Below, in pieces: positions 23,741 through 29,976 of a DNA stretch of 29,976 bases. The translations under genes were made by a program, and so were the position numbers. Every line of letters begins with the position of its first letter. Position 1 is the stretch's first letter. Source of the DNA: a virus; the IMG/VR virus record IMGVR_UViG_3300045988_110429, positions 1 to 29,976 of that record; one strand, given 5' to 3'. The notes under the pieces were generated by a model that saw nothing but the letters and a program-made list of their open reading frames with translations, was not told the origin of the DNA and made no database searches.

Positions 23741-24895
23741 ATGAATTTTACAGGAGTAAATCTAGACTTACAAGGTCTAATGAAGAGAACTTATGCTAAT
23801 TTACTTTATAATTCACAATTTTATAAGATGTTAAACAGACGTTTCTTTGAAGTAGGACGTACTGGTACACCAATAATTGAAGTTATAAAACAATTAGACA
23901 CAAAGTTAAACGTTAGAAATAACGTAGAAATCGCACAAGGTGGTTTAACAAATGAATTAGCCACTTACAACTCAATAAAAGTTGATTTAACTGAATTACC
24001 TATGGATTATTCATTCAGAATTAGTCCAATAGTAATGGGTTCAGGAATTGAAAGAGCAATCGAGGGACAAATCGAATTAAAAGAAAGCCAAATTTCTAAA
24101 CAAATCGATGTATATGGTTTTGGTAAATTAAATACTAAAATTACTGGTCCTGCTGATGGTTCAATGGCTTATACTGATGGACAAATCACTAAATGGGCTC
24201 CATCAAATGGAACTGAAACAATCGAATTAGTTAATGATTTAAAAGCTAAATTATTCGATAGAGATATCTATGATGGATACCTATTAGGTTTACGTTCAGA
24301 CGCTTATGCTTATTTCATTTCAAGTTTGACTTCAATCTTAAAATATGAAACAAGAGCAGGTGTTGAGGGTGTAGACATGGGACAAGTAGCAGAAGCATAC
24401 GGAGTATCAGTATTCCAAATCAATGCTAATGTTCTAAAAGACAAAAATAAAGAAGACACTGGTGTAGTTGGTTACTTTGCTAACGAAGTTGGTACAGTTG
24501 GAGATACTTTCTGGTCATCATTCGCACAATATAATGGTAACTTCCCAGGATACCCAGGATACTTTGTAGTTGAGGGAAACGTAATGTTTGGTGCTGAAGT
24601 TGTAAGACCTGAAGCAGTAATTAAATTAGTTGAAAGTGTTCCAACAGTTAGTGCTGGTTCATTTGATGCTGGTAAGGTTGGAACAGAATATAATCAAACA
24701 ACACCATTCGCTGGTACAGAAGTTGTTAAATATGAAGCTGGTGGACTTCCTGCTGGATTATCATTAAATGCAACATCTGGAGCAGTTACTGGAACACCAA
24801 CAGAAGCAGGTTCATTCAATGTATCAATCTATGGTGTAGATAAATATGGTAATTATTCTAATGCATTCAGTGGAACTATTGTAATTGCTGAATAG
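23741..24895 (+). CDS. Major capsid protein with a C-terminal Ig-like domain
   Basis: Sits in the MCP position after the scaffold and has a strong AAAAGGAGGAA RBS. C-terminal GGLPAGLSLNATSGAVTGTPTEAGSFNVSIYGVD looks like an Ig-like (Big) domain. Confidence 0.6.
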   Translation: MNFTGVNLDLQGLMKRTYANLLYNSQFYKMLNRRFFEVGRTGTPIIEVIKQLDTKLNVRNNVEIAQGGLTNELATYNSIKVDLTELPMDYSFRISPIVMGSGIERAIEGQIELKESQISKQIDVYGFGKLNTKITGPADGSMAYTDGQITKWAPSNGTETIELVNDLKAKLFDRDIYDGYLLGLRSDAYAYFISSLTSILKYETRAGVEGVDMGQVAEAYGVSVFQINANVLKDKNKEDTGVVGYFANEVGTVGDTFWSSFAQYNGNFPGYPGYFVVEGNVMFGAEVVRPEAVIKLVESVPTVSAGSFDAGKVGTEYNQTTPFAGTEVVKYEAGGLPAGLSLNATSGAVTGTPTEAGSFNVSIYGVDKYGNYSNAFSGTIVIAE

Positions 24896-24914
24896 TTAGA
24901 AAGGAAGTGAGAAA

Positions 24915-25295
24915 ATGCAATTTTTCACAAAAGACGAGTTTTTAAGTAAATATACTGAATACTCGAGTGCTGATATACCAACTTGGCAAATAGAAGCAGT
25001 ATGTGAGATGATTTTCTCACAAGTAGGCTTAAGATACAGGGACGCAAGTTGGAATGAAACAAGCGTCCCTTTGCCTATTAAAAATGCTTCTATGGAGCAA
25101 ATGAGATTTATGTTAACCCACGATATACCTTTTATTGATTATGATAAAACTATAAATGCAGGTAATATGAGTGCTGATTTAAAGACTGATTATTCTACTT
25201 TATCATTGCGAATACTTGCTAATAATGGTTATCTATATAGAGGAAGTAGAATGTCTGACAATATGGGATTAAATATACCTTTTGGAGAATGTTAA
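24915..25295 (+). CDS. Head-tail connector protein (gp6-like)
   Basis: First of four small genes between the capsid and tail tube genes. Confidence 0.4.
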   Translation: MQFFTKDEFLSKYTEYSSADIPTWQIEAVCEMIFSQVGLRYRDASWNETSVPLPIKNASMEQMRFMLTHDIPFIDYDKTINAGNMSADLKTDYSTLSLRILANNGYLYRGSRMSDNMGLNIPFGEC

Positions 25296-25296
25296 T

Positions 25297-25632
25297 ATGT
25301 TTTTAGTAAATGGTATGCGTGCTACATTAAGACAATTCAATAGAACTAATGATGATAGTGTCTTTGATGACCAAAATTATAAAGATGTTCCTATTATGTG
25401 TTGCCCTTATGATGTAGAACAAGCAATTAGATACGGAATATATACAGTTCCAGAAGCAAAAGGCTATTATCAAGTTCCACGTTGGGTAGATGTTAAGCAA
25501 GGCGACCAAATAATATTTCACGGTAGAAGAATTAAAGATAAGAATTTCCAAGAACAAACTCATACGGTACTAGAAGTACAAGAGGGTTGGTTATTCAATT
25601 CTGTTGAAAATAAAATAGCAGTGGTAAAATAA
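25297..25632 (+). CDS. Head-closure / head-tail joining protein candidate
   Basis: Track ORF 25282..25632 begins with a TTG. ATG at 25297 follows GGAGAA. Confidence 0.4.
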   Translation: MFLVNGMRATLRQFNRTNDDSVFDDQNYKDVPIMCCPYDVEQAIRYGIYTVPEAKGYYQVPRWVDVKQGDQIIFHGRRIKDKNFQEQTHTVLEVQEGWLFNSVENKIAVVK

Positions 25633-25994
25633 TGAGTAATACATATCAGTTCAAATGGACACCAGGAGCACAACAAAAGCTCTTGAGTACTCCTGATAAG
25701 ATAATGTACGCATTTGCAAGACTCACACTTGATAGAACATATCAACATATACCATTATCTAATAAAGTTAATAGTGGAAGATTAAGAACATCTTCTATGG
25801 CTTATGGTGTAAAAGGTTCTAATGGCGAATATTCAATAGGCTCTAGAACATCTTATGCTAAATATGTATGGAATATGGGAAGTGGCACTAATTGGTCTAC
25901 TCCTGGTACATATGGTAAATGGTATGAAAAGACTTGCAAAGAATTAAAGAAGAACTTGTTATCTGTTGCAGTTAAACAAAATGAATTGAAATAG
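25632..25994 (+). CDS. HK97 gp10-like tail component
   Basis: PLSNKVNSGRLRTSSMAYGVKGSNGEYSIGSRTSYAKYVW matches the gp10 pattern vP-dTG-LR-S. Confidence 0.5.
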   Translation: MSNTYQFKWTPGAQQKLLSTPDKIMYAFARLTLDRTYQHIPLSNKVNSGRLRTSSMAYGVKGSNGEYSIGSRTSYAKYVWNMGSGTNWSTPGTYGKWYEKTCKELKKNLLSVAVKQNELK

Positions 25995-26002
25995 GAGATA
26001 TT

Positions 26003-26464
26003 ATGACACAAAAAGATGTTGAAAGAAAACAATTAATTCTAATTGATTATTTACAAGAATTGGTAAATAATTATGCTACTGAAAATTGGAAAGTAAAAGC
26101 CGAATACTCCACGAATGATAATGATAAAAGAGTAATCACAGTGCAAGAACAAGATGGTAATAAAGCCGTATTTTACGGCGATTGCACGCCATTGTTCAAT
26201 TACTATATGATTGATATATATGGGTTATCAATACAAGAAAATAAAAACTTATCACTTATGATAGGAAGCCTTATAGGTAAGAATATAATAAGAGATGTAA
26301 AAAATAAAGATGATGATGGAAACATCGTTAATGAAAAATGGCAATTAATGTTTATGCAATGGGTTAACCCTCAAGCGATAGAGTATTTAGATATCAAAAG
26401 AGTAGGTTATAACTCAACGCTAAAATGTGTTGTTAATAAAGTTTATGAAAATAAGGAGGGATAA
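26003..26464 (+). CDS. Tail terminator / tail completion protein candidate
   Basis: Sits immediately before the tube protein. Confidence 0.4.
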   Translation: MTQKDVERKQLILIDYLQELVNNYATENWKVKAEYSTNDNDKRVITVQEQDGNKAVFYGDCTPLFNYYMIDIYGLSIQENKNLSLMIGSLIGKNIIRDVKNKDDDGNIVNEKWQLMFMQWVNPQAIEYLDIKRVGYNSTLKCVVNKVYENKEG

Positions 26465-26465
26465 T

Positions 26466-26936
26466 ATGAACTTTTTCACAAATAACAGACAAGTAATTAA
26501 AGGCTTATCTTTAAATACTGGAACTAGTGCAGTACCTGAGTATACAGAAGTTTGTACTACTACTGAAGTAACTCTAGGAACCGACCTTGAGCAACAAGAC
26601 TTCTATACTTTCTGCGATGCAATTCAAAGAAGTTTAATAACTGGTGTTGCAATGAGTATTGAAACAACTGTTAAATTAGACATCAATAACAAAGGTATCC
26701 AACAATTAATAGGTATGATACATACTTTATTAAAGGATGGAGATATTGCTCAATTCAATAATCAGACAGTTCAATTTGAATTATTAACTGGTGTAGAAGA
26801 GGGAGCATTAACTTATACTAAATATACAGTTCCTTGTGTTCTTAACTTTAGTGAACTAGGTGGAGCAAGCGAAGACGCTTCAGAATTTGGTTTAACTATT
26901 GTTATAAATGGTAAAGGTACAGTTGTAGCAGGATAA
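26466..26936 (+). CDS. Major tail (tube) protein (156 aa)
   Basis: Strong AGGAGGG RBS, a strong terminator directly downstream, and it is the last gene before the TMP. Track ORF 26427..26936. Confidence 0.55.
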   Translation: MNFFTNNRQVIKGLSLNTGTSAVPEYTEVCTTTEVTLGTDLEQQDFYTFCDAIQRSLITGVAMSIETTVKLDINNKGIQQLIGMIHTLLKDGDIAQFNNQTVQFELLTGVEEGALTYTKYTVPCVLNFSELGGASEDASEFGLTIVINGKGTVVAG

Positions 26937-26942
26937 CCTTTA

Positions 26943-26979
26943 AAGGGTAAGGGTATAAAGCCCTTACTCTTATTTTTTT
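26943..26979 (+). terminator. Rho-independent terminator after the major tail gene
   Basis: AAGGGTAAGGG-tataaag-CCCTTACTCTT, 11 bp with one G-U pair, followed by TATTTTTTT. Confidence 0.7.
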
Positions 26980-27006
26980 AGAAAAATAAAGAAAGGAGAT
27001 GAGTTT

Positions 27007-29262
27007 ATGAATGGTGGAGAAGTAATATTTACTTTTAAAGGTAATACTGATGATGTTGAAAAGAAAACAAAAAGCCTAGGAACATCTTTAGGCACTTTAT
27101 TAAAAGGCAGTGTAGTTTTTAGTGCAGTTCAAAAAGGTATCAATACAGTAAGCCAAAGTTTGGATGGCGCTATATCACGTGTTGATACGTTAAATAACTT
27201 TCCAAGAGTAATGTCAAACTTAGGAATAGATGCTAAAGCAAGTGAAAAATCTATAAGAAAATTAAGTGATGGCATTACAGGTTTACCAACTACTCTAGAT
27301 AGTGCAGTATCAGCAGTGCAAAGATTTACGACTGCTAATAATGATGTTGAAAAATCTACAGATTATTTCCTTGCATTTAATAATGCCGTGCTTGCTGGTG
27401 GTGCAAGTGCAGAAATACAAGCCTCAGCATTAGAACAATTATCTCAGATGTATGCTACTGGTACAATAGACGCTCAAGGCTGGAGGTCTGTTATGACTGC
27501 TATGCCTGCTCAACTTCAACAAGTAGCAAGTTCAATGGGATATACATCAATGGCAGTAGGTGGAGATTTCTATGAAGCTTTACAAAAAGGTAAAATTTCT
27601 ATGGATGATATGATGCAAGCTATGGTTAAATTAAACACCGAGGGTGTTGGAAATTATGCAAGTTTTGCTGAACAAGCCAAAGGGGCAACTAATGGTATTG
27701 AAACCTCTCTTACTAACTTAAAGACTGCGGTAACAAGAGGTGTAGCAAATGCCATTGATACTCTTAATAAATCTTTAGAAGAAAATAATTTACCTAATAT
27801 AAGTGAAATAATACAGATGTCTGCGGAAAAAGCTGGTAAAGCATTGGCAAAAATAACTGATATTATAAAACAAATAATGCCTTATGTTGCTCAAGCATAT
27901 CAATGGGGTCAAAAACATCAAGGCTTATTAAAAACTCTTACTGGTGTGGTATTAGGGTTTGTAGGTGCTTTTAAAGTAGCAAAATTGGCTAGTTTTATTA
28001 GTAAATCAAAAGAAATGGCAACTATTATTAAAGTAGTAGGTGGAAGCTTCAAAGTTTTAAAATCAGTAATTACAGGAGTAACAACAGTAGTAAAACTATT
28101 AGGCATGGCAATAACTGCAAATCCGATAGGAATAATAATCGCCGTTATAGTTGCCGTTGTAGCTGCTTTTGTATTGCTATGGAACAAATGTGAGGGCTTT
28201 AGAAATTTCTTCATAGGAATGTGGGAAGGTATAAAATCTGCATTCGGTACAGTTGTAGATTGGATTAAACAAAGAGTAGAAGACATAAAGAGTTTCTTCA
28301 CTGAAACAATACCAAACGCATTTAATAACTTTGTATCATTTTTAGCAAGTATACCTGAAAAAATCAAAGCATTTATTGATAAGATACCTTATTACATAGG
28401 TTATGCAATAGGTTGGGTTATTGGTAAAGGAATTCTACTCGCTGAAAAAATAAAAAATTTCTTTACTGTTACGATACCAAACGCAATAAATACATTCTTA
28501 ACTAATATTACAAATTTCTTTACGGTTACAATACCAAATTTAATAAATAATTTCATAGAATTTGTAAAAACATTGCCCGAAAGAATAGCAAATTTCTTTA
28601 CAAACATTTGGAATAAGATAGTTGAATTTGGACAAAATGTATGGACTTGGGTTACTACTAAAGTACCTGAAATAATAAATAATATAGTTACTTTCTTTAA
28701 AGAATTGCCAGGTAAAATATGGACTTGGTTACAAAATACAATAACTAAATTTGGAACATTCATATCAAACTTAAAAACGAAAGCAGTTAATGGGATTAAA
28801 AAAGTTGCAAATAATATAGTTAATGGATTTAAAGAATTACCTGAGAAAATAAAAAATGTTGGTAAAAACATAGTAGAGGGCTTATGGAATGGTATCAAAA
28901 ACGCAAAAGACTGGGTACTTAAAAAAGTTAAAGGTTTTGCAAAAGGTATCAGTGATGGTTTAAAAGACGCATTAGGAATACATTCGCCATCAAAAGTAAC
29001 CTTTGAAATGGGTGTATTTATGGACAAAGGTTTCATAAATGGTATGGAAGATATGCAACCTGAAATTCAAAAAACAATTGATGGTATGTTTGACTTATCG
29101 CCAAGTTTATATGGTAATACAAGTGCTAACTTAAGCCCTAACGTTAGTTTAGTGGTTAATAACAACATAGAACAAGACCCACTAGGACAAATGGTTTCTA
29201 AAGTGAAAACATTCAGTGGTGGGGCTAAAAATGATTATAATTGGGGAAGTGGTTTATCATGA
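27007..29262 (+). CDS. Tape measure protein (751 aa)
   Basis: N-terminal tape-measure-type helical domain. Central TM segments PIGIIIAVIVAVVAAFVLLW. C-terminal tandem FFTxTIPNxIN repeats. Lies after the MTP and before the tail tip gene. Confidence 0.85.
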   Translation: MNGGEVIFTFKGNTDDVEKKTKSLGTSLGTLLKGSVVFSAVQKGINTVSQSLDGAISRVDTLNNFPRVMSNLGIDAKASEKSIRKLSDGITGLPTTLDSAVSAVQRFTTANNDVEKSTDYFLAFNNAVLAGGASAEIQASALEQLSQMYATGTIDAQGWRSVMTAMPAQLQQVASSMGYTSMAVGGDFYEALQKGKISMDDMMQAMVKLNTEGVGNYASFAEQAKGATNGIETSLTNLKTAVTRGVANAIDTLNKSLEENNLPNISEIIQMSAEKAGKALAKITDIIKQIMPYVAQAYQWGQKHQGLLKTLTGVVLGFVGAFKVAKLASFISKSKEMATIIKVVGGSFKVLKSVITGVTTVVKLLGMAITANPIGIIIAVIVAVVAAFVLLWNKCEGFRNFFIGMWEGIKSAFGTVVDWIKQRVEDIKSFFTETIPNAFNNFVSFLASIPEKIKAFIDKIPYYIGYAIGWVIGKGILLAEKIKNFFTVTIPNAINTFLTNITNFFTVTIPNLINNFIEFVKTLPERIANFFTNIWNKIVEFGQNVWTWVTTKVPEIINNIVTFFKELPGKIWTWLQNTITKFGTFISNLKTKAVNGIKKVANNIVNGFKELPEKIKNVGKNIVEGLWNGIKNAKDWVLKKVKGFAKGISDGLKDALGIHSPSKVTFEMGVFMDKGFINGMEDMQPEIQKTIDGMFDLSPSLYGNTSANLSPNVSLVVNNNIEQDPLGQMVSKVKTFSGGAKNDYNWGSGLS
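28291..28602 (+). repeat. Tandem repeats of about 56 nt inside the TMP gene (AATTTCTTTACnGTTACnATACCAAA)
   Basis: Copies are at 28457-28484 and 28513-28540, with partial copies near 28291 and 28591. They encode the FFTVTIPN motif. Confidence 0.6.
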
Positions 29263-29976
29263 TAAAAATGTATATAAATAATGAAGAAGTAGTCAGCAAT
29301 AAAGAGTTTACAATAAGTGAGGAAATGTTGGCTACTCCCTCTACTGTTTTAAATAATTGTTATCCTGCTTTGTGGGAAAACACAAAAGATTATGTAAGTA
29401 AATTTTATTTTCCTAAAGATTATTCTAAATGTATAATAGGAGATGGAGAATTTGAAAAAGGAAGTCAAAGAAACATTATAAAAAAAGTAAATGGTATAAG
29501 TCCAAGTTTTGAAACAAATATAACAAAACCGTGGGAAAGTTTAACAATAGATGGTAATAGTTATCAAGCTACAAGTACAGATCCAGTAAGCCCTAGTCCA
29601 GACTACCCTAGTGAAATAGAAAATGTAAAAGGTAAGAATTTGTTAGATAATAAAAATCCTAATTATATAGTTGGTGCAACTTGGAAACCTACAGAAACTG
29701 GCGGAAAAATTTCTGCTTCTACTACGTGGAACTGGGTAGGCTGGAACCTTAAATTAAATATGGATAAACAATATACATTTAGTTATGGAGCACGTAATAG
29801 TAAGAATATTTATTTATATATACGTACTTATACGGATGCTACTTATTCTACTATAAAAACAAAAATAGTAACTGATGGGATAAACCTACAAAATACATTT
29901 AAGCCTGATAGTGAATATGTTAGAATAGCTTTTACAAATAATGCAGTTATAGAAGATATAGAAATCCCAAATATAC
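29259..29976 (+). CDS. Large tail protein, 5' portion. The ATG at 29259 overlaps the TMP stop (ATGA), and the ORF continues through the window end and wraps to 2401
   Basis: I hand-translated 29259-29976 with no stop. It is in frame with ORF 194..2401 through the 119-nt terminal repeat. Confidence 0.6.
   Translation, partial: MIKMYINNEEVVSNKEFTISEEMLATPSTVLNNCYPALWENTKDYVSKFYFPKDYSKCIIGDGEFEKGSQRNIIKKVNGISPSFETNITKPWESLTIDGNSYQATSTDPVSPSPDYPSEIENVKGKNLLDNKNPNYIVGATWKPTETGGKISASTTWNWVGWNLKLNMDKQYTFSYGARNSKNIYLYIRTYTDATYSTIKTKIVTDGINLQNTFKPDSEYVRIAFTNNAVIEDIEIPNI

Noticed and set aside
28401-29036. 211-aa ORF on the minus strand, plus a 149-aa minus-strand ORF at 27918..28367
   Set aside because: Both lie entirely antisense to the tape measure gene. 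Long antisense ORFs are expected opposite K/I/N/F-rich AT-rich coding sequence. They have no RBS, their products are hydrophobic low-complexity sequence, and every other gene is on the + strand.
1-29976. Prophage, lysogeny or integration module (integrase, CI repressor, att site); CRISPR array
   Set aside because: I found no tyrosine- or serine-recombinase-sized ORF, no divergently transcribed repressor and no spaced direct-repeat array. All promoters and genes point the same way. The window reads as a complete virion genome rather than an integrated element.

Overview
The window appears to be a complete, circularly closed genome of a low-GC (roughly 30%) tailed phage. The first 119 nt (1-119) are repeated exactly at the end (29858-29976), so the unit length is 29,857 bp, and a 999-aa tail gene reads straight across that junction. 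Every credible gene is on the + strand; the minus-strand ORFs in the track all look like AT-rich antisense artefacts. Gene order runs: large tail protein, 630-aa tail protein and collar-domain fibre; a lysis cassette (BhlA-like protein, SPP1-type holin, Amidase_2 endolysin with a PG-binding domain); terminator plus a consensus sigma-A promoter; about 20 small early ORFs of unknown function; terminator plus promoter; a replication module (XRE-type HTH protein and a DnaD-like replisome organizer with internal iterons); a recombination module (ERF annealing protein, RecB-like PD-(D/E)XK nuclease, HTH_39 protein, HNH endonuclease, Zn-ribbon protein); a compact locus with two promoters, a candidate sRNA and a 44-aa toxin-like membrane peptide; small ORFs; TerS; a DUF1064 nuclease-like protein; a 392-nt structured non-coding region; an acidic protein; TerL; a promoter-equipped insert of small ORFs; then portal, MuF-like minor head protein, scaffold, major capsid protein with an Ig-like C-terminus, four head-tail connector proteins, major tail protein with a strong terminator, and tape measure protein. 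No integrase, CI-type repressor, tRNA, CRISPR array or reverse transcriptase was seen, which fits a virulent or non-integrating siphovirus of a Clostridia-like Firmicute. Family assignments come from motifs I recognise by eye and are not search results. Hand-derived coordinates for regulatory sites are accurate to about 2 nt.
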